DNA of 64,000 bases, from positions 1,536,001 through 1,600,000 of the forward strand of contig CBDDCX010000008.1 in NCBI GenBank assembly GCA_965226375.1. The letters run 5' to 3'. Shown piece by piece: positions 30,396 through 40,478 of this stretch; the stretch's first letter is position 1, and every line of letters begins with the position of its first letter. The stretch comes from Longimicrobiales bacterium. Lineage in GTDB: Bacteria > Gemmatimonadota > Gemmatimonadetes > Longimicrobiales > Gaopeijiaceae. Below the pieces are notes generated by a model. The model did not search any database. It was not told the DNA's origin and worked only from the letters and a program-made list of their open reading frames with translations. The translations under genes and the position numbers were made by a program.

Positions 30396-31390
30396 CACCG
30401 AGGAATGGTCGAGAACGCCAGAAGCTCCAGAATCGGACTCCCGGTCAGGGTCGCGGCTCCGGTTCTGACACGTCCGACTACCCGGATACGTTCCAGCGGA
30501 CTCAAGCCCTCGGCCTCCGGGAGCCGCTCAGGCGGGATGGCCACATAGACGAACGCACCAGCTCCCCGGCCGGTTTTGGTCAGGAGAAACGGCTCTCCTT
30601 CATAGAAGTCCGTGCGGATCTTCTCCGCACGCTCCAGGGAGATGAATTGCACATCCCATTGCAGGACCCGGCCCCGGTACTCGAGGGGTGCAGCAACAAC
30701 GTCTTCGAAGCTGACGTCCGTAAGGACCGTGGTCTCTCCCTCGGCCACGGTGCCCTGCGGAAGCCACAACCATCCGTCCATCCTGACCCTGGCCCAGTTT
30801 CCCTCTCTTGCCAGGATCCTGAGGTTCGCCCCGGGTACGGCCGAGGCCAAGGTGTCTCCGTCCGGAGTGCTGAGGATGGCAGCATTGACCTCTCCACTGA
30901 TGGTCCACTCATCGGCGAGAACAACGTCCGTCCCCCCGCGGACCCCTCCCGGCGGCTCGTCGAGTGCCACGGACGGACTCCAGATCCAAGCCCTACGCCG
31001 CACTCTGACCCAGCCAGACACCCGCTCCACTTCCTGTAGCAAGGTCCCTTCTTCCAAACGGCCCAGGACGTCGCCGGATGGAGTGGCGCGAAGGTTCTCA
31101 CCCTCCGCGGCCGACACCACCAGATCGAAGTCGCCGCGGCCGCCTACCTGAAGCGACTGGGTCCAGACCCAACCGGCCAACTCGAACTCGAGCCAATCGT
31201 CTCCGGTGGCCAGGATATCAAGCGTCGTTCCGGGGGCGAGCTGACCCAGCAAGGTCCCGTTGGCCTGGGCCCGAAAGTTCTCGTCGGCCGTCACGGTTCC
31301 GCTCTGTCCAGAGAGACCCTGGGCCAAAATCGTCAGACCGACGCCGAAGAAGACGGTAGTGGCCCGCAATCGCTTGAAATCCGCGCTCAT
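30395..31390 (-). CDS. Secreted protein with repeated bacterial SH3-like domains
   Basis: Signal peptide and three ENxR...G..L..L.....W....GW/AW repeats. Confidence 0.75.
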   Translation of the reverse strand: MSADFKRLRATTVFFGVGLTILAQGLSGQSGTVTADENFRAQANGTLLGQLAPGTTLDILATGDDWLEFELAGWVWTQSLQVGGRGDFDLVVSAAEGENLRATPSGDVLGRLEEGTLLQEVERVSGWVRVRRRAWIWSPSVALDEPPGGVRGGTDVVLADEWTISGEVNAAILSTPDGDTLASAVPGANLRILAREGNWARVRMDGWLWLPQGTVAEGETTVLTDVSFEDVVAAPLEYRGRVLQWDVQFISLERAEKIRTDFYEGEPFLLTKTGRGAGAFVYVAIPPERLPEAEGLSPLERIRVVGRVRTGAATLTGSPILELLAFSTIPR

Positions 31391-31532
31391 TTTCCTGAAA
31401 CGATCCTCGACAGATGGTGTTGAAAGGGTGATCTTCCGGCCCTCTGGAAGGGGCCTGACGCCACTTGCACGAATGTGTTCCGGCCGGTGGCGGTCGTCAA
31501 ATACCACTAAACGAAACGTCGAACCAGCTTTT

Positions 31533-32231
31533 ATGCCACACCCGAGAACGATCTGCCTGCTGCTGTGGGGAGCGATTCTACTCCAGTCCAGCCCCGCTGC
31601 CGCCCAGGATATTCCGTCGTCCTACCGTTTTGTCGAGAATAGTCATGAAGCAGGCCTGTTCGCGGGCGTCGCGAGCGTGAATCCGGGCCAGCTCGGACTC
31701 GGGCCCAAGTCGGCTGACGTGTACGGCGGACGATACTCGTTCATGTTCGGCAGTGCTCTCGTGTTCGAGGCTGATGCGACGTTCTTCAAGGGCACACGCG
31801 ATGTCATCGACATCCGCCGGGAAGAGGAGGATCGGGTTCTCGGCGAATCCACCGTCGACATACTGGCCATGGAAGCTCGTCTCAGAATAAACCTGACGGG
31901 CCAGCGGACCTGGCACGGCCTGCAGCCGTTTCTCGGCTTCGGAGGGGGGATGGCCTTGAGCAGCAATCTGGACCGGACCTTGGAGGATGCGGCCGACATG
32001 CCGCAAACGGACCGGTGGGACTTCGGGAGCAAGTTCATCACCAGTCTTTTCGGAGGTATGAACTTCCACCTCTCGCCAAGCATCATGCTGCGGGTCGATG
32101 GCGTGATGAACCTCTGGAAGATCAGCACGCCGGGGGGATGGTTTGGCTCCGAGGACGATCTCGGGGTACTTCCGCAGAGCGAGTGGACGTCGGCCAAGAG
32201 CCTGTCCTTCGGAGCCAGCTGGCGTCTCTGA
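31533..32231 (+). CDS. Putative outer-membrane beta-barrel protein
   Basis: Signal peptide (AAAQ), amphipathic beta strands, C-terminal SFGASWRL. Confidence 0.65.
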   Translation: MPHPRTICLLLWGAILLQSSPAAAQDIPSSYRFVENSHEAGLFAGVASVNPGQLGLGPKSADVYGGRYSFMFGSALVFEADATFFKGTRDVIDIRREEEDRVLGESTVDILAMEARLRINLTGQRTWHGLQPFLGFGGGMALSSNLDRTLEDAADMPQTDRWDFGSKFITSLFGGMNFHLSPSIMLRVDGVMNLWKISTPGGWFGSEDDLGVLPQSEWTSAKSLSFGASWRL

Positions 32232-32274
32232 GATACTCGGTGGCACACCCCCGCGCTACGAGGCCGAAGTCTCG

Positions 32275-33588
32275 ATGACGGACTTCGAATCCAGAGTCGC
32301 CGATTGGCTCTCGGTCGGGGAGGCCATGCAGAGGATCCTCACCGCCGCCTCGCCCCTCGACATCGAACAGGTGCCCCTCCCCGAAGCTCTCGGACGAGCC
32401 CTGGCGTCGGACCTCATCGCCCCGACCGGACTGCCCCCATGGGACAGCAGCGCGATGGACGGGTACGCCGTTCGCGGCGATGACATCGCCGGCGCTGACG
32501 CGGACGAGCCCGTCACGCTCACCGTTGTCGGTGCGGTGCTGGCGGCCACGCGCTTCGAGGGGGTGGTAGCCCCCGGCCAGGCCGTACGGATCATGACCGG
32601 GGGAACCGTTCCCGCGGGCGCGGATACCATCGTTCGCGTCGAAGACACCGATCGGGAGCAGGGTGCCCCGGGGCGGGTCCTGATCCGTTCCGCCCGTGAC
32701 CAGGGTCGACACGTTCGGCCGGCCGCGGAGGACTGGAGCCGGGGCGATGTAGCCCTGGAGGCGGGCACGGGCCTCGGCCCCGGTCAGATCGGCGTGTTGG
32801 CCAGCGCGCACGCCGGCAAGGTTTTGGTACGACAGAGGCCCGTGGTAGCCATCCTCGCCAGTGGAGACGAGCTCCAGGACATCGAGATCGCCCCCCCCAG
32901 TCCCGACCGCATCCCCGAAAGCAACGGTCGTGTCGTGGAGGCTGCCGTCCGACTGGCCGGGTGCACGCCCCTGCGAGTGGGTATCGCGAAAGACGATCCG
33001 GACGACATTCGTGCACACATTGTGAAGGCCGCAGACGCCGATGTACTCGTGACTCTCGGCGGCGCATCGATGGGAGAGGGCGACCTTTTCAAGAGGGCTC
33101 TCGACGACATGGGTCTTCGGTTGGATTTCTGGCGTGTGAAGATCAGACCGGGCACTCCGACGAGCTTTGGACACCTACCCCGGGAGGGCCACCCGGACCA
33201 GCCCGTGTTCGGGCTTCCCGGAAACCCGGCATCGGCCTTCGTGACCTTCGAGATCCTGGTACGTCCGTTTCTTCTGGCTCTTGCGGGACACAGCAGGGTT
33301 CACCGCACCATGCTATCGGCCCGCGCCGGCGAGGATCTCGGTGCCGCAGCCTCGGTCACCGCCTTTCTTCGAGTGTCGTTGACCCGGGCGGGTGGAGCCG
33401 TCGAGGCCTCTCTCACGGGGTCCCAAGGCTCTGGGCTGGTCAGCAGCCTTGGCGCGGCCGACGGTCTGGCCGTTGTTCCCGAGGGGATCGAGACGATCAG
33501 CCAGGGCTCTCCCGTCGACGTGATCCTCCTCGACAACGCTCCCGGGCTCGCCACCGGAGCGCCCCTCTTCGAACCGGCCCAGGGGTGA
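32275..33588 (+). CDS. moeA: Molybdopterin molybdotransferase
   Basis: SAMDGYAV, RIMTG, SGDEL, GGASMG, GLPGNPAS. Confidence 0.95.
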   Translation: MTDFESRVADWLSVGEAMQRILTAASPLDIEQVPLPEALGRALASDLIAPTGLPPWDSSAMDGYAVRGDDIAGADADEPVTLTVVGAVLAATRFEGVVAPGQAVRIMTGGTVPAGADTIVRVEDTDREQGAPGRVLIRSARDQGRHVRPAAEDWSRGDVALEAGTGLGPGQIGVLASAHAGKVLVRQRPVVAILASGDELQDIEIAPPSPDRIPESNGRVVEAAVRLAGCTPLRVGIAKDDPDDIRAHIVKAADADVLVTLGGASMGEGDLFKRALDDMGLRLDFWRVKIRPGTPTSFGHLPREGHPDQPVFGLPGNPASAFVTFEILVRPFLLALAGHSRVHRTMLSARAGEDLGAAASVTAFLRVSLTRAGGAVEASLTGSQGSGLVSSLGAADGLAVVPEGIETISQGSPVDVILLDNAPGLATGAPLFEPAQG

Positions 33589-34040
33589 GCTCAGCGCTCG
33601 CCAACCGGGCATCCGTACTGTTTTGTGTGACTTTGGTGGTAGGCTGCAGCATCCCACGATGGCCCGTGGCAGGACCTCTCGGGGCCCCGTTCGGAGTACG
33701 GTGGGATGGTGCTCTTCCCGACGTCCATCGAGGGGTCGACATTCTGGTTCCCACCGGAACCCCGGTGGCCGCCATGTCCGAGGGACAGGTGCGGTTCTCA
33801 GGCACCATGGACGACTTTGGGCTGGTGGTCTGGCTAGACCACGACAACGAGGTGGTCACGGTCTACGCACACCTCTCGGAATTGAGGGTCGAGACCGGTG
33901 ATCAGCTGGCCAGGGGCCACATTGTCGGCCTCAGCGGAAGCACGGGAAACGCCTCGGGGCCACACCTCCATTTCGAGATCTGGCGGCGGGGCGTCCAGCT
34001 CGACCCGGTAGCGATGTTGGGGGGCCCTCCCGGGCTTTGA
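33585..34040 (+). CDS. M23 family metallopeptidase (small lipoprotein)
   Basis: HRGVD, YAHL, GPHLHFE intact LytM motifs; VVGC lipobox. Confidence 0.88.
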   Translation: MSSALANRASVLFCVTLVVGCSIPRWPVAGPLGAPFGVRWDGALPDVHRGVDILVPTGTPVAAMSEGQVRFSGTMDDFGLVVWLDHDNEVVTVYAHLSELRVETGDQLARGHIVGLSGSTGNASGPHLHFEIWRRGVQLDPVAMLGGPPGL

Positions 34041-34068
34041 GAACGAGCGTCCTCCCTCAACCGGCCTC

Positions 34069-35055
34069 TTAATCCTCGGCTCGAAGAGCCTCGATCGCTT
34101 GTGTGAGTCGCGGCAACACCTCGAAGGCATCTCCTACGATACCATAATCCGCTATGCCGAAGATGGGCGCGTCGGCGTCCTTGTTCACCGCCACGATGGT
34201 CTGAGACGTCCTCATTCCGGCCAAATGTTGAATGGCTCCCGAAATACCGATCGCAAAATAGAGCGTCGGAGCGACCGTCTTTCCGGTCTGACCCACCTGC
34301 TCCGAATGAGGCCTCCAGCCTGCGTCCACGACTGCACGAGACGCGCCAAGAGCCGTTCCGGGGCCGAGTGCATCTCGAAGATCCTCCAGGAGGTTCCAGT
34401 GTTCAGCCTCTTTCAAGCCCCTCCCACCGGAGACGATCACACTGGCCTCGGACACGTCGACGGATCCACCCTCCGCGGCTTGGAACTCTAACGTGCGCAT
34501 GCCCACGTCCGCCGGAATCGTCGGGCTCAGCACCTCGACCGTGCCCGCACCGCCGACCTCTTCCGGACCGAACGAATTCGGTCGGAGGGTCATGACGCAT
34601 GGAGAAGACCGGAACGTGAGCCGAGCCAGTGCCTTGCCCGCATATATAGGCCGCACGGCCACCAACTCCCCGCCGTCCACCTCCAGGCGCGTGATATCGG
34701 ATGCCATGGGTGCGTCGAGGAGTGCTGCCACCCGGGGCGCCAGGTCCTTGCCCTGGGCCGTAGCCGGAAACAGGACCGCGCCGTAGCCACCCGCTCGCGC
34801 AACATCGACTACCGCCGACGCGTAGATTCTCGGCGAGTACTCGGCCAGAGCCTGGTCCTCGGCTACGCGAACGGTTGCGGCGCCATACAATCCCAGTCCA
34901 GTCACCGTGTCTCCGACACCCGGACCCCCGAGGACCAACGCGTCCGCCGAGCCGCCCAGCTCCGCTGCCCTGGCGGCGGCCGCGGACACCACTTCATTGG
35001 CCGCCGTTCTGATCTGGCCGGCTTTCTGTTCTGCAAAGGCGAGAATGTCGCCCAT
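34069..35055 (-). CDS. etfA: Electron transfer flavoprotein alpha subunit
   Basis: SGGRG, GASRAVVDAGW, QVGQTGK, GISGAIQHLAGM. Confidence 0.96.
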   Translation of the reverse strand: MGDILAFAEQKAGQIRTAANEVVSAAAARAAELGGSADALVLGGPGVGDTVTGLGLYGAATVRVAEDQALAEYSPRIYASAVVDVARAGGYGAVLFPATAQGKDLAPRVAALLDAPMASDITRLEVDGGELVAVRPIYAGKALARLTFRSSPCVMTLRPNSFGPEEVGGAGTVEVLSPTIPADVGMRTLEFQAAEGGSVDVSEASVIVSGGRGLKEAEHWNLLEDLRDALGPGTALGASRAVVDAGWRPHSEQVGQTGKTVAPTLYFAIGISGAIQHLAGMRTSQTIVAVNKDADAPIFGIADYGIVGDAFEVLPRLTQAIEALRAED

Positions 35056-35128
35056 TTCTAGTCTCCGATATCTGTCAGTCTGAAGCACTGGTTGGTCGGT
35101 CCGTCCGAGATCGTTCGGTAGCCGAGCA

Positions 35129-35887
35129 CTAAAGAGCGTTCGCCTCTTCGCGGAGGAGTCGCACCAGCTCGGGCACCGCATCGGCACCCTCCCCGACGAT
35201 ACGACCTTCGGCTCGAGCGGCCGGATACTCGAGGCGCTCCAGGGTGATTCGGCTCTCTGGCACCTCGGCATCTTTTTGCTCGAGCGGCTTCCTCTTGGCG
35301 GCCATGATCCCCTTCAGAGACGCGTAGCGCGGCTCGAACGCACCCTTGGTTATCGACACGACAGCCGGCAGCTGCAGTTCGACCACCTCGGTACCGCCTT
35401 CCACCTCTCGTCGGCACGTGACCACCCCGTCTCCGAGCTCGAAGCTCGTCACGTTCGAGGCACAGGGACGATCGAGCAGGGTGGCGACCATGGGACCGAC
35501 CTGCTGCTGGTCGTCATCGGCCGCCTTCACTCCGAAGAGAACGAGCGGAGCGTCCCGGCCTTCGAGCTCTGCGGCCAGAACCTTCGCTGTGGCGAGTCCG
35601 TCCATGGTGACTGCCCCTTTGAGGAGAACGGCGGCATCCGCCCCCACCGCCAGGCCCGCACGCAGCGTCTCCTGGGCACTGTCGTCACCGAGGGTCAGCA
35701 GGGTTACCTCACCCTCGCCGAGCTCGTACCGCATGCGCAGGCCCGCCTCGAGGGCGAACTCGTCATAGGGGCTCATGACGTACTTCACACCGGCCGGATC
35801 GATGTCCTTTTCGCCATCCGCAAGACGGACCCGTGTCTCGGTATCCGGGACCCGCTTGATGCACACGATGATATTCAAGTCATCCAC
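35129..35887 (-). CDS. etfB: Electron transfer flavoprotein beta subunit
   Basis: IIVCIKRVPD, PYDEFALE, EPRYASLKGIMAAK. Confidence 0.96.
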   Translation of the reverse strand: MDDLNIIVCIKRVPDTETRVRLADGEKDIDPAGVKYVMSPYDEFALEAGLRMRYELGEGEVTLLTLGDDSAQETLRAGLAVGADAAVLLKGAVTMDGLATAKVLAAELEGRDAPLVLFGVKAADDDQQQVGPMVATLLDRPCASNVTSFELGDGVVTCRREVEGGTEVVELQLPAVVSITKGAFEPRYASLKGIMAAKRKPLEQKDAEVPESRITLERLEYPAARAEGRIVGEGADAVPELVRLLREEANAL

Positions 35888-35954
35888 TCCAATTCATTGC
35901 CGTTCAACGATTTGGCCCACTGAATTTACCGCCCTGCAAAAGGCCGTTCAAGCG

Positions 35955-36599
35955 TCAGCCGCCTCGGCTTCGGGACACACAAGGATTGCCCAGAACGTAG
36001 AAGCGGAGCGGCCGTTCCTTCGCTCGGGTGATCCCGATTCGTGGGGATATCCCGACAGAGGAAAGCGCCACGGGCCATCCGGCGCAGATCGTGAGCGGAG
36101 GCGCAGAAAAGTCGTGGCCGTCCAGTGCTCCTGTCACCCCTAGAGCCTGACCCACCCGGCCCGGACCCGAACCCAGGTCCCGTGATCGGCCCCGGCGGTC
36201 GGACATGACGTCGAGCCCGTATGTAGGGTCCACGGCTCGGATGAGGACTGCACCCGGCTCGCCGTCTTGCCCTGTCACCACGTTGAGGCACCAATGGATG
36301 CCGTAGCTGAGATAGACATAGGCCAGGCCCGCCGGGCCGAACATCGTGGCGTTGCGTCGAGTCCGCCCATACTTGGTCGCGCCGTGCGAGGCCGGATCAG
36401 ACAGGCCGAGGTAGGCCTCGACCTCTACGACGACACCTTCGGTGCGTCGCCCGTCCACAGTAGAAACCACTCGGGTACCGAGAAGATCGGGGGCTACCTC
36501 TTGAGCCGGCCGCGCGAAAAAGTCCCGGTGTAGTTTTTCCTTAGACGGCGCGCCCGCCCACCTGAGCGGGGACTGTACGCTCACAGACCCTGCCGTCAT
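35955..36599 (-). CDS. mpg: DNA-3-methyladenine glycosylase (MPG/AAG family)
   Basis: VEVEAY, YVYLSYGIHWCLN, AVLIRA, GPGR, PRIGI. Confidence 0.93.
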   Translation of the reverse strand: MTAGSVSVQSPLRWAGAPSKEKLHRDFFARPAQEVAPDLLGTRVVSTVDGRRTEGVVVEVEAYLGLSDPASHGATKYGRTRRNATMFGPAGLAYVYLSYGIHWCLNVVTGQDGEPGAVLIRAVDPTYGLDVMSDRRGRSRDLGSGPGRVGQALGVTGALDGHDFSAPPLTICAGWPVALSSVGISPRIGITRAKERPLRFYVLGNPCVSRSRGG

Positions 36600-36617
36600 C
36601 GGATCGTCCGGTCAACT

Positions 36618-38714
36618 CTACTCGCCGTCGGAGTCGGAAGAATCTCGCCTCGACCCACGGCGGGTTCGTCGGGCTCCGTCACGACCTCGCGGCGCAACCC
36701 CCGAAGACTCCTCCTGGCGTGGCTGCTCAGCCTCGGCACTGTGGCTGGAGTCGCTTTGCCTCTCCGGCTGCCGCTCCACCGAAGCCTGGCTCTGATCTCT
36801 CGGTTGGCGTTCCGTCCGAGATCGGCCTTCATCTCTCGGCGGGCGTCCTCCCCTGGACTCACGCTGTTCCGCAGGCGGGCGTCCTCCCTGCGGACGCTCC
36901 CCCCTCGGCGAGCGTCCCCCCTGAGGCCGACGCTCTTCCTTCGGCGAGCGTCCTCCGCGGGGCTGGCGGTCCCGACTCGAGCCGCGCTCGTCGGACTTGT
37001 GGGTCTCGGCGCCGGGCGACGGAGCAGACGACTCCACGCGCCGTCCCCCTTCGGTTCGGCGGGCGTAATCCGTCCGCCACTCGGCCAGGACTTGCTCGGC
37101 CCGCCGCGGCACGACTTCGTTCACACGCTTCGGCGTATTTTGGAAGACCTCGAAAAGAGAATCACCGAACGCCTCCACTAGAGCCTCGGCCGTTTTCTTG
37201 CCCACACCCTTGTAGGAGTTGGTCAGGTAGCCGATCATGGCCTCGCTTCCAGTGGGCAGGTCCAAAGCGCTCACCGTCGTCGCACCCGCGTCAGAAGTCG
37301 GCGAAGAAACCCTGGTGCTCTGGCCGACGGCCTGTCCTTCGAAGAGCACGGGACCCTCCCCGTCTCGCCGCCGTCCCGAACCGCCTCGGGGGCCCAGGCG
37401 GCCCGCAGACCGCCCGCTGGCCTGGCCGCGAGGCTCGGCCACGCGCACCTGTTCGGTGCCTCGAGACTCGGCGGCCTCACCGGAGGAATCTCCAGACGAC
37501 ATGTCACTCTGTGGGGATGCTGCGCCGGCGCCACCCTCCTTGAGGGAGACCCTGTAGTTACCCGTCTCGGTCTTCTCGAGGTCGACTACGCCGTGTTCCT
37601 CGGCCTGCAGAAGGAACTTGCTGAACTTGGCGAAACCGAGCTCGGCCTCATCGAACCCGGAAACACGCTCGAGCATCTTCCGCTTCACATCGGAATCACG
37701 GACCGAGTCCCTGCCCTTTTCCTTGAGAGTACGAAGGCACCCCGACATCAGATCGTACGCAGCCTGGAGCGGATCACCTCCGGACTCCTCCAACGTGGCA
37801 GGCGGTTCCGGGGCCCTCGCAGACCGACCGGTGCGGTCCGACCTCTCAGGCTTCTCAGGACGGGGTCGCTCGGATCTCGTCCGACGGGCGGGCCCCCGGC
37901 TCTTACGTTCCCGACTTCCGGTATCCGCCGCCGCACTCGCTCCCCTGCGAGCCGTCTTCACCTCGTATTGACCGTTCTCCAGCTTGTGGAGTTGGATGAT
38001 GCCCCGGGACGCCGCCTCAGACAGGAACTTGGAGAACTTGCTGAACCCGAAGCCTCCCTCGTCGAAACCGGGGTCGAGCTCGATCATGACCTGCTTGAGG
38101 CGGTCCGAGCGCATGACGTCGTTCCGCTTGGTCATGCGAGCCAGGGCTTCGCCCACCAACTCCCATGGATCCGCAGGCTTGCCCGTCGTGTCCGTGGTCT
38201 TTCTCAGACCGGTGAGGCTCGTGTACGAGTAGTATTCGTCGCAGTTCTGCACCAGAATGTCCGAACTGGACTCCTGGATCCCCACGCCGATCACGTACTT
38301 TCCGTACTCCTTGAGCTTCAAGACGAGGCTCGAAAAGTCCGAATCACCGGTCAACAGGATATAGGTCCCGATCTCGGGACGAATAAAGACGAGCTCTACC
38401 CCATCGATGGCCATCCGGATGTCGGTGGCATTCTTCTTGGAGCTCCCATAGGCGGGAGCAAAGATGAGGTCGACGGAGGCTTCGGAGAGAGGCACGATGT
38501 ACTGCGGGTAACGACGCCAATCGGCATAGGCCCTCTGTACGGTGACCTTACCTCGAATGACGTCGGACTGGAGGAGGCTCTTCAGTTCCTTGGAGAGGTC
38601 ACTCCGCATCCCCATCGTGACGTTGTCGAAGTCGATGAGAAGGGCCGCGTTGGGCGCATCGGCCATCGCCTTGCTGGGCCCCTCTACATGGGGGGCCTGA
38701 ATGTACTGATTCAT
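36618..38714 (-). CDS. NYN-domain ribonuclease with two LOTUS/OST-HTH domains, an HhH module and disordered Arg/Gly-rich linkers
   Basis: LIDFDN, KNATDIRMAID, TGDSDF (NYN); two FDExxxGFxKFSKFL LOTUS motifs; KGVGKKTAEALVEAFG HhH. Confidence 0.88.
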   Translation of the reverse strand: MNQYIQAPHVEGPSKAMADAPNAALLIDFDNVTMGMRSDLSKELKSLLQSDVIRGKVTVQRAYADWRRYPQYIVPLSEASVDLIFAPAYGSSKKNATDIRMAIDGVELVFIRPEIGTYILLTGDSDFSSLVLKLKEYGKYVIGVGIQESSSDILVQNCDEYYSYTSLTGLRKTTDTTGKPADPWELVGEALARMTKRNDVMRSDRLKQVMIELDPGFDEGGFGFSKFSKFLSEAASRGIIQLHKLENGQYEVKTARRGASAAADTGSRERKSRGPARRTRSERPRPEKPERSDRTGRSARAPEPPATLEESGGDPLQAAYDLMSGCLRTLKEKGRDSVRDSDVKRKMLERVSGFDEAELGFAKFSKFLLQAEEHGVVDLEKTETGNYRVSLKEGGAGAASPQSDMSSGDSSGEAAESRGTEQVRVAEPRGQASGRSAGRLGPRGGSGRRRDGEGPVLFEGQAVGQSTRVSSPTSDAGATTVSALDLPTGSEAMIGYLTNSYKGVGKKTAEALVEAFGDSLFEVFQNTPKRVNEVVPRRAEQVLAEWRTDYARRTEGGRRVESSAPSPGAETHKSDERGSSRDRQPRGGRSPKEERRPQGGRSPRGERPQGGRPPAEQRESRGGRPPRDEGRSRTERQPRDQSQASVERQPERQSDSSHSAEAEQPRQEESSGVAPRGRDGARRTRRGSRRDSSDSDGE

Positions 38715-38850
38715 GATTCCTTCTTGCGATTTGTGTGTGCCGGCCCCACTCGCAAGACCTCCCCACCCGTGCCGGCTCATCGTGCCTGGTTCGGCAGTCG
38801 AATCCGGTACGGGTAAGGGGGGCCAGGTATTCAGAGTGCCCGGCTTTGCT

Positions 38851-40478
38851 TCATGTCTTGTAGCGCTCGTGCTCCGCACGGACTCTGCGAGAGAGTTCTA
38901 CCCGTCGGACTTTTCCGGTGCCCGTCAGCGGAAAATCGTCCACAAAGTGGACAAGATCGGGAACCTTGTAGTCCGCGAGCGTCGCCGCGCACCAATCTAT
39001 GATTTCCTGACCGGTGACAATGGCGCCCTCGTCGGGAACGACGCACGCGCAGATGGCCTCTCCCAGAATATCATCCGGAACTCCAGCCACCACGGCCTCC
39101 CGCACCGCCGGGTGTGAGTGAAGTCGATCCTCAACTTCCCGGGGTAAACGTTGTAGCCACCGCGGATGATAACCTCTTTCTGGCGACCGACCAAATGGAT
39201 GAACCCCTCTTCGTCGATCATTCCGAGGTCTCCCGTCAGGAAGAATCCGTCGGCATTGAAGGAGTTCGACGTCTCCCTGGGCTGCCTGTAGTAGCCGTGC
39301 ATCAGGCCGGGTCCGCGCACCCCGATCTCACCCACGCTCTCCACCGGAAGCTCCTCGCCCCCGTTCGGATCGAGGATTTTCACCTCGGTACCGTCGATTG
39401 GCCGACCGACCGTGAAGAGACGTTTGGGCGCTGGGTCGTCCGTCCGAGTTATGCAAACGGTCGACGAGGCTTCCGTAAGGGAGTAGGCGATGAGCAGCTC
39501 CGGACACAGGTGCTCCGTCACCGCCCGGACGAAGTCGTCCGAGACGGGTGCTCCCGCCACCAAGCCCACCCGGAGAGATGAAAGGTCGCGGGGTTGCGCC
39601 TTCTGTTCATAAAGCTCGGTCGCAAAGAGTGTGGGGACTCCGTGATGCACCGTCGCCTGATGACGCTCGATCAGATCGAGCGAACCGGCGCCCCCGAAAT
39701 CATCCTGGAGCACCAACGCGGACCCGGATACCAGCGATCCAAGAACGCCCGGGCCGAGGCCGAAAACGTGGAAGAGAGCCGTGACGCCCACGACTCGGTC
39801 GTCCGAGGTCAGGCCCAGGACCTGCGCCGTGCTCGCGGCCACACCCAGGACGTTGGCGTGGGTCAATTCGACGCCCTTGGGTTTGCCGGTGGTCCCCGAG
39901 GTATAGACGATCGCGAACAGATCTTCGCTCGGTTCTACGGCCTGAGCCGAATAGTCCCGACCGCCGCCCGCCGACAACAGATCTTCGAACTGAAAAATTC
40001 GATCGTCATACCAGAGATCTTCTTCGCCCACCGTGATCAGGTACTGGAGCTCCGGAAGCTGCACCAGGAGGTCTTCGAGGAGCTGCAGGAAGTCCACGTC
40101 CTCCAGTGTCTCGGCGGTGATCGCCGCCACGGCCTCGGAGTGGCGCAGCGTGTACTGGAGGTCAGGACCCGTGAGACGGGGGTTCAACGGCACGAGAACG
40201 GCACCGAGCTTGGCCACGGCGAACATCGAGATGACGAATTCCGGCCAGGAAGGCATGATGACCGCAACGCGGTCCTCCGCCTCGATCCCGAGCCCGGCGA
40301 GAGAAGCGGCCAGGGCCTCAGTCCGGCTCTCCATTTGGCCGAACGTGACCTCGTCGTCGTCCAGGACCAGGAACACCCCTTCGGGTTGCGACGTCGCCCT
40401 CGCCGCCAGAACGCCCGCGACGCTCAGGTGCGTTATTCGCCCCAGCTCCATTTCGGTGTCCTCTGAGAGTGCTACCAT
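38851..40478 (-). pseudogene. Long-chain acyl-CoA ligase (ANL family) with a 1-bp frameshift near 39141
   Basis: [32 protein letters not shown]. The expected [16 protein letters not shown]...PLTGTGKV continues in another frame. Could be a sequencing error. Confidence 0.8.

Noticed and set aside
39130..39150. Programmed frameshift in the acyl-CoA ligase
   Set aside because: No in-frame X XXY YYZ heptamer; a simple indel or sequencing error is more likely.
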